This document shows positions 47,876 to 57,215 of a stretch of DNA of 63,146 bases, one piece after another. Every line of letters begins with the position of its first letter. Within the stretch, counting starts at the first letter, position 1. This stretch comes from Actinomycetota bacterium (lineage in GTDB: Bacteria > Actinomycetota > UBA4738): the NCBI GenBank assembly GCA_035623615.1, contig DASPTB010000227.1:1-63146 (forward strand), in the 5' to 3' direction. A program made the translations under genes and the position numbers. The notes under the pieces were generated by a model. That model made no database searches, was not told the origin of the DNA, and saw only the letters and a list, made by a program, of their open reading frames with translations.

Positions 47876-48963
47876 ACGGCCGCCCCCTCCATCGCCCGCT
47901 TCGTGTCCTCGATGTCCCGCGCGTACGAGATCAGTTGGTCGTCGGAGACCGGATCGGGTCGCAGGAGCAACTCGCGCGCGCGCCCGGTGGCGGCCGTCGA
48001 ATCCGAGGTGAGCATGGCGGCAACCCTATCCGGATCGGCTCCGCGAACTCCCATGCCGCGCCCGATCCACGCCGCGAAGTCGTCTCGCAGCAGCCGCCCC
48101 GCGAAGGCGGTCGCGTGGCCGCGGCGGTAGAGGCCGGCGGCGGCCCGCACCAGCTCGCCCGCGGGGATGGGACTGAGGGCGCGCTCCTCCGACGGCTTGC
48201 CCAGCCGCCGCGCGCGCATCAGCGCGAACGCGACGACCGCGAGGGCGAGTCCGAACAGGAACGCGCGCGCGCGCGGCGGGAGCGCCGACCAGACGCTCTG
48301 TCTCGTGGCGGCCGCGGTCGGGAGCGCGGCGGGTCCGAAGACCACGGGGCCCGGCCCCATCGACCGAAGTGCGAACATCGCGTTGCCCGATCGCGCGAGA
48401 AGGGCATTCGTGAAGGGCGACGGGCCACCGACGAACAGCACCGTCCCGGCGCCGCGCCGGATCTGTATGACGAACGGCCCCTGGGACGCGGGAAAGCACC
48501 CGACGGCGCCGGGCGGCGCCGTCGGGTTGAACACGGCGTCCCCCGAATCGGCCTGCACCCCAACCACTCCGGTCGTTTCAGCCGACACGCATCCGGGCGC
48601 GAGCGTCGCCGAGACCGCAAAGCCGCCGACGTTCCCATCCGGGGCGATCCCGAGGAGGGTTGCCATGGCCGACGCGGGATCGGTCACGACGAGACGTCCG
48701 CCCCGGCGCACCCACGCAAGCAGGCTCCGCTCCTGATCGGGCGTCCGGAGGTCGGACAACAGGACGAAGGTGCCCGGCGGCGAGGGAGGCACGGCCCCGT
48801 CGCGGACGACCATCCCCGACCCCACGAGCAATTGTCGCAACGCCAGCGTTCCTGAGGGCCCCGCGTCGTTCGGCCGCACGCCGGCGCGGGCGGCCGCGAA
48901 CACCACAACGAGGACGAGGACCGCTCCCACTGCGGCCGCGATGCCCAGCCGCCGCGCGCTCAT
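47872..48963 (-). CDS. DUF4350-like membrane-anchored protein
   Basis: It has an N-terminal TM, a GTLALRQLL...FVLLSDL...GGRLVV pattern and a second TM near residue 240. ATGA overlaps occur at both ends. Confidence 0.75.
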   Translation of the reverse strand: MSARRLGIAAAVGAVLVLVVVFAAARAGVRPNDAGPSGTLALRQLLVGSGMVVRDGAVPPSPPGTFVLLSDLRTPDQERSLLAWVRRGGRLVVTDPASAMATLLGIAPDGNVGGFAVSATLAPGCVSAETTGVVGVQADSGDAVFNPTAPPGAVGCFPASQGPFVIQIRRGAGTVLFVGGPSPFTNALLARSGNAMFALRSMGPGPVVFGPAALPTAAATRQSVWSALPPRARAFLFGLALAVVAFALMRARRLGKPSEERALSPIPAGELVRAAAGLYRRGHATAFAGRLLRDDFAAWIGRGMGVRGADPDRVAAMLTSDSTAATGRARELLLRPDPVSDDQLISYARDIEDTKRAMEGAAV

Positions 48964-49913
48964 GCCGACCTGGCCCGAAGCTCGGCCTGCCGCACTGCCT
49001 CGACCTCCTCACGGGCCGGGGTCTCTCCGCCGTACACGACGCGTTCGTACACTTCGGTGGCGGGCACGATGACCGGGGCGAGCGCGGGCCGCGATACACG
49101 CAGGGCGACCCGGCACTCCCCCGCGGTGACGCTCGGCGAGTCCTCGACGACGCCGCGCGACTGGAGCGATCGGAGCATCGCCCGATACAGCGCGCGAACG
49201 CCGTCGGCCGAGTCTCCCCGGGCCAGAGCGGCCAGTGCCTCGGTGAGCGGGTCACGTTCGTCTTCGCCCGGCGAGGCGGGCGCGGAGCGCTCCCGCACGA
49301 GGCCGACGCGGACCTCCCGGAAGGCACCGGCCCGGTACGCGGCATACACGAGCACCCCGAGGATCAGCAGCAACACCAGCCAGGTGAGGAGCGTCGCGGG
49401 CCCTTGAAATGAAAGGAGATGCTCCAACAGCCACCACCGGAGGCCATCGATCCAGGCGCGAACCCGTTCCGCGAACGACGGCGAGCCGACGACGATGCCG
49501 CGATACGCCTGCGCAAGTGCCGCGCGGACCGCCGCCGGGTCGGTCGTGGTGGAACGCCCGGCAGCGCTCGCCGCGCCGGCCAGCGCCGTCAGGCGCGACG
49601 ACGCCCGTAGGAAGTCGGTACGGCTCGTGCCGCGCAGCGAGTCGAGCAGAGGGTCGGAGGCGACGCTCACCTGCCAGCCCGGGCCCGTCACGACCGTCGG
49701 CAGGCCGAGGGCACCGCGCACCTCCCGCATCAGAAAGGGCGAAGGTTGCGACTGCCCCTGCCGCGCGACGGCGAGGCTTCGCGTGACGTTCTCTTGGAAC
49801 CGCTGCAACGAGACGACGTGCTCGGACCAGGCGGCCGGCGTGGTCCCGACGGCGACTGCGACGGCGACCGATACGGCGACGGCGGCGACCCCGACGCGCC
49901 GCGCCGGGCTCAC
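48960..49913 (-). CDS. DUF4129-like membrane protein
   Basis: This is the GTG 49913 sub-ORF of track ORF 48960..50741. It has an N-terminal TM and a central TM. The C-terminal segment SPSVTAGECR...YERVVYGGETP is typical of DUF4129. Confidence 0.75.
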   Translation of the reverse strand: MSPARRVGVAAVAVSVAVAVAVGTTPAAWSEHVVSLQRFQENVTRSLAVARQGQSQPSPFLMREVRGALGLPTVVTGPGWQVSVASDPLLDSLRGTSRTDFLRASSRLTALAGAASAAGRSTTTDPAAVRAALAQAYRGIVVGSPSFAERVRAWIDGLRWWLLEHLLSFQGPATLLTWLVLLLILGVLVYAAYRAGAFREVRVGLVRERSAPASPGEDERDPLTEALAALARGDSADGVRALYRAMLRSLQSRGVVEDSPSVTAGECRVALRVSRPALAPVIVPATEVYERVVYGGETPAREEVEAVRQAELRARSA

Positions 49914-50917
49914 CGCGCGGTCGCGCCCATGCGCTGCGCCATCACCGCGAGATCGAATCCTTCCTTGCGGACGCGCAGGTCGAAATAGATGAGCGTGGTC
50001 ACCAGAGCGGTGAAGGGGCGCGTCACGATGGCCGCGACCGTCCCGCCGAAGAATGTCCAGAAGTGGAATCCACCGGGGGAGTTGATCGTGGTGATCGCGA
50101 ACGGCGCGGTGAAGATCCCGGTCACGATCCCCGCGATGAGCGCGGCAAGCAGCGAGATGCCGAACACGCGGCCCGAGTAGTCCTTGACGAGGCGCCACGA
50201 GCGCCGCATGGCCTCTCGTCCCCGGACGTCTTCGACGACGAGCGCGGGCACGGCCACCGTGAAGCGGATCGCGAAGATGATGCCCGGCACGATTAACAGC
50301 AACAGCCCTCCGAATACGGCAAGGCCGACGAGGACGCTCACGAGCAGGATGGAGAGCAGCCGGCTGAGGCCGAAGCGGAGGACCTCCGCGGCGGTCGGCT
50401 TCTTCCCCGCGTACAACTGGTACGTCACCCAGGCCATGGCACCGGCGAGGAGCGGCGCGACGAAGAAGAACTGCACCAGCGCGAGAACGATGGACGTCGT
50501 CAGTGCCGCCGAGGAGAGACCCGGCTGCGAGACGAACACGTGCCCGTTGATCGTGGTGGTCTGGAAGGGGCGCTCGGATACGCCCGAGGTGCTGGCGACG
50601 ACGGCTTGGAGCAGCTGAAGAGGAACCTCGACGACGGCCACGACGAGCATCAGGGTCTTCCAGTTGCGCTGATAGATCTTGAACGCCATGTCGATCAGCT
50701 CGCCCACCCCCATGGCGTGCGGAACCGACTCCGACGACCATCCGGGCGGGGGCGGTGGTGCTCCGGGCACGGCGTCGGGCCTCGGAGGAGCCGGCACGGC
50801 CGGAGGCGGCGCGGGCGGCGGAGGGGTGCCGGCCGGCGACGCCGAGTCGGGGCCGGCAGGGACTTCCCAGGGCGCGCCCGAGGACGGAGGCGGGCCTTCC
50901 GATCCCTGATCGCTCAT
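49910..50917 (-). CDS. Polytopic membrane protein with a Pro-rich N-terminus (resembles the GDPD-membrane-domain / UPF0259-type family)
   Basis: ELIDMAFKIYQRNWKTLMLVVAV... is followed by 5-6 TM helices and FDLRVRKEGFDL at the C-terminus. I chose ATG 50917. GTG 50971 is an alternative start. Confidence 0.7.
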   Translation of the reverse strand: MSDQGSEGPPPSSGAPWEVPAGPDSASPAGTPPPPAPPPAVPAPPRPDAVPGAPPPPPGWSSESVPHAMGVGELIDMAFKIYQRNWKTLMLVVAVVEVPLQLLQAVVASTSGVSERPFQTTTINGHVFVSQPGLSSAALTTSIVLALVQFFFVAPLLAGAMAWVTYQLYAGKKPTAAEVLRFGLSRLLSILLVSVLVGLAVFGGLLLLIVPGIIFAIRFTVAVPALVVEDVRGREAMRRSWRLVKDYSGRVFGISLLAALIAGIVTGIFTAPFAITTINSPGGFHFWTFFGGTVAAIVTRPFTALVTTLIYFDLRVRKEGFDLAVMAQRMGATAR

Positions 50918-51042
50918 GTGAAGGTCGTGATGTGTGGCTCGGCCGGATGAGTCGGGCGAACTATAGGACACGGGTTCTGACGGAGCAATCAGCCGGATGG
51001 ATCAAGCCGGCCTCCCGGTCCGCCGCCCCGTCTCCGGGGGCG

Positions 51043-53499
51043 TCACCCCGCGGCGCCGCCCGCGCGGTTCCGGCGGCTCTCGAGCACCTGTGCCGTGATC
51101 TCCTCCGCCGACACGGGTCGTCCGAAGAAGAAGCCCTGACCGAAGCCGCAACCCTGCTCCACCAGGAAGTTCCACTGCGCCTCGGTCTCGATCCCCTCCG
51201 CGAGCGGCTGCATCCCGACGCTGTCGGCCAACTGGATCATGGCCCGCACCATGCTCGCCGCCTCCTGGTCGAGCGGCACGTCGCGGACGAACGCGCGGTC
51301 GATCTTCAGGATGTCGACGGGGAGGTGCTTCAGCCGCGACAGCGACGAGTAGCCGGTGCCGAAGTCGTCGATCGCGAGCCGCATGCCCCGCTCGTGCAGG
51401 TCCCACAGCACGCGTTGCGTCCGGTCGGGGTCGGTCATCGCCGCCGACTCGGTGATCTCGACGACGATCCGCGTGGGGTCGATGCCGGCCTCTTCCAGAT
51501 GGTTGAGCACCCGGTACACGAGGTTCGGCTGATAGAGCTGCCGCGGCGACAGGTTGAAGCCGGCCTCCAGGTGGATGCCCTGCGCTTCCCAGTCGGCGGA
51601 CTGGCGGGCGAGCTCGGAGATCACCCAGTCGCCGATCGCCTCGATCAACCCCATCTCCTCGGCGAGCGGGATGAACTCGCCGGGCGCGATCAGGCCGCCA
51701 CGCGGGTCCTGCCAGCGCAGCAACCCCTCCACGCCGGTGAACTCCGCGGTCTGCAGGTCCACGACCGGCTGGTAGTGCAGGACCCAGTGCCGGCGCTGCA
51801 CGGCCTTGCGCAGCCGCGTCGCGAGCGAGAGCTTGCTGACCGACCCCGACCCGTCGCTCGCATACAGGAGCGAGCCGCCGGGCGCCGTCTTCTTGCTCTC
51901 GTACATCGCGGCGTCCGCGTTGCGCAGGAGCGACTGCGCGTCGGCCGCGTCGTCGGGGAACATGCTGATGCCGATGGAGGCCGAGACGTAGAACTCCGTG
52001 CCGTCCAGCTCGAACGGCGCCTGCAGGGACTCGTGCACCCGGCTCGCCACCGACTCCGCGACGAGCTGCGTGGCGCTTCCCGCCTCCGGAACGGGACTGT
52101 CGCCGTGCCGCTCCATGTCGGCGAGCAGTAGCAGGAACTCGTCTCCGCCCTGCCGCGCGACGAGGTCTGTCTCGCGCGTCGCCTCGCGGAGGCGGTCGGC
52201 GACGGCCTTCAGCAGCTGGTCGCCGGCGGCGTGTCCGAGCGAGTCGTTCACGAGCTTGAAGTCGTCGAGGTCCATGTACAGGACGGCCACGCCCAGGTCG
52301 TGGCGCTTCGCGCGGGCGAGCGCCAGGTTCAGCAACTCCTCGAACATGTGCCGGTTCGGCAGGCCCGAGAGCTCGTCGTGGTACGCGAGGAACGCGAGCT
52401 GCTCCTCGGCCGCCTTGCGCTCGGTGATGTCGAGCATCACGCCCTGGACGACGCCGGGAGCGCCGTGCTCGCCGGGGATCACGACGAACTCGTCGCGAAA
52501 CCAGACCGTGCGGCCGTCCCGCGCGAGCATCCGGTATTCCTCCGTGAACGGCTCACCCGCGTCGCGGGCCCGCAGATACGCCTGGTGGATGCGCTCGCGA
52601 TCCTCCTCGTGCACGTGGCGGAGCCACAGGTCGTTCTGGGCGTACCAGTCCGCGGGGGAGATGCCGAGGAGCGACTCGACCTGCGGACTGATGTAGGTGG
52701 TCGTCATCTCGTCGTCGATGGCGTCCGTGTAGGTGATCGCCGGGATGCGCTCGACCACGGCGCGGTGCTTGGCTTCCGCCTCGCGCAGCGCCCGGTTCTG
52801 CTTGGCCATCCGCTGCGAGATTCGCTGCATGAGCGGCAGGAGGAGCACCCACAGAAGCGCGAGCCCGAGGGACAGCACGTAGAAGATGGAGTTGCGCAGG
52901 TGGTTCACCTGCGTCTGGATGCTCGCGTAGTCCTGGTAGATCTCGATGACCATCTGCACGGGACCGGTCGATGTCCCGCTGATGGTCACCGGCACGTACG
53001 TCTCGAGCAGCTTGGGAGCGAGTGCGCGATCGGTCACGTTCTCGGCAGCCGTGAGCGCCGACACGTCGGTCTGGACCTTGCCGGTCGCGAACGCCCGGCG
53101 CAGCCCCTCGTCGAGTGGGAACGCACGGCCGACGAGGCTCGCGTCGTCCGAGTAGACGACCGTGCCGTCGCCGCGCCAGATCTTCACGCGCTCGACGGGC
53201 CACCTGAGGACGTTCCTATTGACGTACAGGTCCATCTGCGTCTCTGCCGCACCCGTGATGGGCGAGACCCACATCAGCTCCCTGGGCGAGAGCTGCGTGC
53301 GCCGGATCGAGCCGGCGACGACGGTCGCGTGGGAGCGTGCGGTGGCCTCCGCGCGCCGCACGAACTCCCGGGAGATGTACGTGGACAGGCCGACGCCGAT
53401 GGCGACGAAGAGAACGAGGCTGGCAACGGCGAACTGCAGGACGAGCCGAGGCGAACGCTCCTCACCCCTGCGGTCGCTCCCTCCCTGGCGTCGCGACAC
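51043..53499 (-). CDS. Membrane sensor PAS-GGDEF-EAL protein (c-di-GMP turnover)
   Basis: A GTG start has GGAGG upstream. Two TM helices flank a ~190-aa external domain. It then has a PAS domain, RQGGDEF, EGLLRW (EAL variant), DDFGTGYSS and EGIET. Confidence 0.93.
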   Translation of the reverse strand: MSRRQGGSDRRGEERSPRLVLQFAVASLVLFVAIGVGLSTYISREFVRRAEATARSHATVVAGSIRRTQLSPRELMWVSPITGAAETQMDLYVNRNVLRWPVERVKIWRGDGTVVYSDDASLVGRAFPLDEGLRRAFATGKVQTDVSALTAAENVTDRALAPKLLETYVPVTISGTSTGPVQMVIEIYQDYASIQTQVNHLRNSIFYVLSLGLALLWVLLLPLMQRISQRMAKQNRALREAEAKHRAVVERIPAITYTDAIDDEMTTTYISPQVESLLGISPADWYAQNDLWLRHVHEEDRERIHQAYLRARDAGEPFTEEYRMLARDGRTVWFRDEFVVIPGEHGAPGVVQGVMLDITERKAAEEQLAFLAYHDELSGLPNRHMFEELLNLALARAKRHDLGVAVLYMDLDDFKLVNDSLGHAAGDQLLKAVADRLREATRETDLVARQGGDEFLLLLADMERHGDSPVPEAGSATQLVAESVASRVHESLQAPFELDGTEFYVSASIGISMFPDDAADAQSLLRNADAAMYESKKTAPGGSLLYASDGSGSVSKLSLATRLRKAVQRRHWVLHYQPVVDLQTAEFTGVEGLLRWQDPRGGLIAPGEFIPLAEEMGLIEAIGDWVISELARQSADWEAQGIHLEAGFNLSPRQLYQPNLVYRVLNHLEEAGIDPTRIVVEITESAAMTDPDRTQRVLWDLHERGMRLAIDDFGTGYSSLSRLKHLPVDILKIDRAFVRDVPLDQEAASMVRAMIQLADSVGMQPLAEGIETEAQWNFLVEQGCGFGQGFFFGRPVSAEEITAQVLESRRNRAGGAAG

Positions 53500-53621
53500 C
53501 CAGCCTCCTACGACCTCGAAACGGCCACTTCGCCCCCCTCACGGGCTCACCAGGAGGTATCGGCAAAACGGCGGCTGAGACTTGACGACGCACGAAGGCG
53601 CGTTGGGGCCTTGCGAACGGC

Positions 53622-54557
53622 TTAACCGCCGGCCGGCGGGGCGAGCGCCTCCACCTCCGAGGCCTCGGCCGGCGTGAGCTGCCAAGTCGCGGCCGCCACG
53701 TTCTGCCGGACCTGCTCGGGGGTCGAGGCCCCTGCGATCACCGTCGCGACCGCGGGACGGGCGAGCAGCCAGGCGACGGCCAGCTCGAGGGTCGTGTGGC
53801 CGCGCTCGCCGGCCCAGGCCGAGAGCCGGTCCACGGCGTCGAGGTTCTGCTCGGTCATGTGCTCGGCCACGTCCTCTGCCGAGTAGGTGCCCAGGCGGGT
53901 CCCGGGAGGCGGCGCCTCGCCCCGACGATACTTCCCGGAGAGCAGCCCGCTCATCAGCGGGAAGTACGGGATGAACGCGAGCCCGAGCCGCTCGCACTCG
54001 GGGAGGACCTCGGCCTCCGGGTCCCGATGCAGCAGGCTGTACTCGTTCTGCACACTGACGAACCGGGCGGCGCCGGCAGCGGCGGCGTCATCCGCCTCCA
54101 CCAGCTGCTTGGCGTCGAAGTTGGAGCAGCCGATCTCAAGGACCTTCCCGGTTCGCACCAGGGAGTCCAGGGCACCGAGCGTGTCCGCGATCGGCGTGTC
54201 CTGGTCGGGAGTGTGGAGCTGGTAGAGATCGATGTGGTCGGTTCCGAGGCGGCGCAGGCTGTCCTCCACGGCCCGCAGGACATAGTCCGGCTTGGCGCCG
54301 CGGCGGTCCTCGTCGACGGGCATCCCGAACTTGGTGGCGACGGCGATCTCGTCCCGGCGCGAGCCGAGCGCCCGACCCAGGATCTCCTCGCTCCGTGTTC
54401 CACCGTAGATATCGGCCGTGTCGAAGAAGGTGACCCCGGCATCCAGCGCAGCGTGGACTACCGCGCTCGACTGCTCCTCGTCGAGCCGCCGGCCGAAGTT
54501 GTTGCAGCCCAATCCGATAACCGAAGCCTGCAGGGACCCTACCGCGCGCGTCTGCAC
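53622..54557 (-). CDS. Aldo/keto reductase
   Basis: I chose GTG 54557. Motifs are IGLGCNNFG, FFDTADIYG, IDLYQLH and SVQNEYSLL. Confidence 0.9.
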   Translation of the reverse strand: MQTRAVGSLQASVIGLGCNNFGRRLDEEQSSAVVHAALDAGVTFFDTADIYGGTRSEEILGRALGSRRDEIAVATKFGMPVDEDRRGAKPDYVLRAVEDSLRRLGTDHIDLYQLHTPDQDTPIADTLGALDSLVRTGKVLEIGCSNFDAKQLVEADDAAAAGAARFVSVQNEYSLLHRDPEAEVLPECERLGLAFIPYFPLMSGLLSGKYRRGEAPPPGTRLGTYSAEDVAEHMTEQNLDAVDRLSAWAGERGHTTLELAVAWLLARPAVATVIAGASTPEQVRQNVAAATWQLTPAEASEVEALAPPAGG

Positions 54558-54700
54558 CGTGTCGCTCCTGTTCGTCGAGGAACCGTCGAGCTCGCACGCC
54601 ACCGTAGCGGTGGCGGGCACGAACGACAAAAGCGGCATAGGCTTGCCGGCGGATGCGACGCGACGACCACGACCGCGGGCTGAACCCGGAGGTGACGCGC

Positions 54701-54916
54701 ATGATCGGCATCGTCGGCTGGGCGGTCCTGTTCGCCGCGATCCTCGCCTGGGAGGGCATCGGGCTGCGGCTCCCGCACGACGCGTGGCCGACCCTGAGCG
54801 ACATGCTCCGCGTGGTGATGCGCTCTCCCGTGGGCCGCTGGGCGATGTTCGGCATCTGGGTGTGGCTGGGTTGGCACCTGTTCGTCCGTGGCTGGCATCT
54901 CTTCCTGCGGGCTTGA
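54701..54916 (+). CDS. Small two-TM membrane protein, family not confidently recognised
   Basis: ATG 54701 has GGAGG 8 nt upstream. The product is MIGIVGWAVLFAAILAWEG...FGIWVWLGWHLF. Confidence 0.6.
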   Translation: MIGIVGWAVLFAAILAWEGIGLRLPHDAWPTLSDMLRVVMRSPVGRWAMFGIWVWLGWHLFVRGWHLFLRA

Positions 54917-54918
54917 CG

Positions 54919-55314
54919 ATGGGCTGGATGCGGGTGCACATCGCTGCCTCGGCCAGCACTTCTGCTCCGAACCTCATGCGGAGCGACCTGATTCCTCTCC
55001 TGATCTCCTACGCACTGTTCGTCGCGCTGCTGGCGACCTGGTGGCGAACGTCGCCGCGCCCTGCGCCCGTGCGACCGGACCCCGGCGGACCGGCCCCGCC
55101 GTTCCTCAGACTGATGCGCTACGTCGCCGTCACCGCCGTCGGTGGCTACGCCGCCTTCCTCGTGCTGGTGGGCGGCTACTACGCGGCAATCGCACGGCAG
55201 ACCCCCCGGTTCCTCCGGCAGGCGATCAGTGGAGGTGCCGTCATGGCGTTCCTCATCGGCGGGCCTGTCCTGCTGGCCGCCGGCTGGCTGGAGGGGCGGA
55301 TCCGCTCCCGCTGA
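54919..55314 (+). CDS. Hypothetical membrane protein
   Basis: ATG 54919 lies 2 nt after the upstream stop. ATG 54976 is an alternative start. It has three predicted TM segments and good G/C third-position bias. Confidence 0.5.
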   Translation: MGWMRVHIAASASTSAPNLMRSDLIPLLISYALFVALLATWWRTSPRPAPVRPDPGGPAPPFLRLMRYVAVTAVGGYAAFLVLVGGYYAAIARQTPRFLRQAISGGAVMAFLIGGPVLLAAGWLEGRIRSR

Positions 55315-55395
55315 CGCTCACGCCCTGGCCCAACCTGCGGCCGAGGAACGTCCCAGCCGGGGAACCACCCGGGGGAGCCGCGGCTCTAACGGGAC

Positions 55396-56238
55396 ATGAC
55401 ATGGAGACGGACCTCCACCGCCGCTCGCCTGATCGGTCCCGTTGCCCTGCTCGCCCTCCTCACGTCCTGTGCGGGTGCGTTCGCACCCGCCACCTCGCCG
55501 CACGATGGAAGCCCCGCCCGGCCTCCCGGGCCCGGCACGGTTCGTCACAGCCGCTTCGTCGTCCCGGTCGAACTGGACAACGGCCGGCTCTTCGTCGAGC
55601 CGGCTCCGACCTCGATGCGCCCCACCTTCCCCCAGAGCCGGGCCGCGGCGGAGATCTGGGCCGATCCGGCGGTCGCGGGCGGAGGCGGCGACACGGTGTT
55701 CGGCTTCGGACTCGTGACGACCCGGGTGTCGGCGCCGGACGTGGTCCGCGTCCGGCGGGTGCCCGCCTGGATCGGCTTCTCGTGGGGTCGCGTCGTGCTC
55801 TGCCCGATGGAGCCGATTGCGAGCAACCGGCCATCGCCGACCGCCCTCCCCAGCAACGGCTACGTCGCCGTGGTCGTCGGCGCGAACGACGGCGTGCCCG
55901 CGTTCACCTACACCGCGCGATCCGCGTTCTGCGGTCGGCGGCCGACGGGACCCAGCGTGACACTCGCGACGAAGACGCTGTCGATCCCGTGGCACCCAGT
56001 CGGCCATCGCGAGGGGACCACGCTTGCGATCGCGTTCCGGCTTCCGCCCTGCGGGCAACTCGTCTCGACGAGCGTCGCGGGCGAGTCCGAAGAGGCGACG
56101 ATCGAGGTGGACGCGACCACGCCCGACGAACCGCTTCCCTGTCCCGCTCCCGTCACGCGGACGGCGCGCGTCGACGTCGGATCGGCTTCCGTGATTCGCC
56201 ACGCGCCCCTCGGCCCCGTGCCCAGGACCGAACGCTGA
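55396..56238 (+). CDS. Lipoprotein of unknown function
   Basis: It has a signal peptide with lipobox LLTSC and no recognisable domain. Confidence 0.65.
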   Translation: MTWRRTSTAARLIGPVALLALLTSCAGAFAPATSPHDGSPARPPGPGTVRHSRFVVPVELDNGRLFVEPAPTSMRPTFPQSRAAAEIWADPAVAGGGGDTVFGFGLVTTRVSAPDVVRVRRVPAWIGFSWGRVVLCPMEPIASNRPSPTALPSNGYVAVVVGANDGVPAFTYTARSAFCGRRPTGPSVTLATKTLSIPWHPVGHREGTTLAIAFRLPPCGQLVSTSVAGESEEATIEVDATTPDEPLPCPAPVTRTARVDVGSASVIRHAPLGPVPRTER

Positions 56239-56338
56239 TACGACGACGCGGCACGCGTCGAGACCCGCCCGGGCGGTTCCTGTACTCGGACCCTGTGGAG
56301 TGGTCGAATACCCCACACCTCTAGCAAAAGGAGGACGC

Positions 56339-56887
56339 ATGTCTTTGGGGCGGACACGTCACCCCGTCACGACAGTCATCGCCCTCGCTGCGTGTGCGGT
56401 ACTCGCGGCCGCGTGCGGCTCGTCCTCGCCACCCTCGGCGTCGGCGTCCTCGCCCGCCGCGGGCGGGGCGGCATCGACCGCCCCGCCCACGGCCCCCTCG
56501 GGAGGCACCCTCCCCTCGTCGTGCGATCAGCTGAAGTCGACCGTGGGCACCTACATCGGCGGTGTCGGCATGACGAAAGCATTGGTGCAGAAGGCCGGCC
56601 ACGTCAGCTGCGAGTTCTTCAATGGGGGGCTCACCAAAGGCGTGATCCTCAACATCGGCGCGAGCACGCCCGCGGCCCTCGCTGAGCTCGAGACGAAGAC
56701 GCGCGGACAGGGCAGGACGACGGCGGCCGTCGGCGGGCTGGGAGCGAAGGCCTTCTCGACGACCAACCACGGAAAGCCGGCGGGCATGGCGGTGTTGACA
56801 TCCGGGGACGACCTCTTCGTGGTGACCACGAACCTCACGTTCGCGCAGGACGAGGCGCTGCTGAAGCAGCTGATGAGCCGGTTCTGA
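56339..56887 (+). CDS. Lipoprotein of unknown function
   Basis: ATG 56339 has AAAGGAGG upstream. The lipobox is LAAAC and is followed by a Ser/Pro/Ala linker. Confidence 0.7.
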   Translation: MSLGRTRHPVTTVIALAACAVLAAACGSSSPPSASASSPAAGGAASTAPPTAPSGGTLPSSCDQLKSTVGTYIGGVGMTKALVQKAGHVSCEFFNGGLTKGVILNIGASTPAALAELETKTRGQGRTTAAVGGLGAKAFSTTNHGKPAGMAVLTSGDDLFVVTTNLTFAQDEALLKQLMSRF

Positions 56888-56901
56888 AACGGTTCGACGA
56901 C

Positions 56902-56921
56902 CCGGAGGGCGCGCCCTGCGG
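56902..56921. terminator. GC hairpin between convergent genes (bidirectional terminator candidate)
   Basis: The sequence ccggagggcgcgccctgcgg forms a 7-bp stem with one G-G mismatch around a CGCG loop. Confidence 0.3.
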
Positions 56922-56924
56922 CAG

Positions 56925-57113
56925 CTAGGCCGCGGTTCGATCGGGCAGCAGCAGAATGATGATGACCGTGATCAACGGGAAGAACACGGCGAGCAGTCCC
57001 CATAGCAACGGGCTGTGACCCTTGCTCCGGGCGATCGACATCGTGAGTGTCAGGAAGACGATCCAGAAGAAGACGATGACGATCCACCACAGGAACGACA
57101 GGACTGCGACCAT
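56925..57113 (-). CDS. Small two-TM membrane protein (62 aa)
   Basis: ATG 57113 has GGAGGAG upstream. The product is MVAVLSFLWWIVIVFFWIVFLTL...LLWGLLAVFFPLITVIIILLL. Confidence 0.55.
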   Translation of the reverse strand: MVAVLSFLWWIVIVFFWIVFLTLTMSIARSKGHSPLLWGLLAVFFPLITVIIILLLPDRTAA

Positions 57114-57215
57114 GTGCCTCTCCTCCCCCTTCCGAGCACGCTGCCGACGCGCCATCCTCTCATACCGGCATGGCCGGCGACACGGAATGAGCCGACGTCA
57201 CGGTCCACGGGTAGC

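Noticed and set aside
53100-53499. A degenerate, regulatory-only GGDEF or EAL domain in the 818-aa sensor.
   Set aside because: The GGDEF, EGL (an accepted EAL variant), DDFGTGYSS, KID and EGIET motifs are all present. There is no sequence basis to call either domain inactive.
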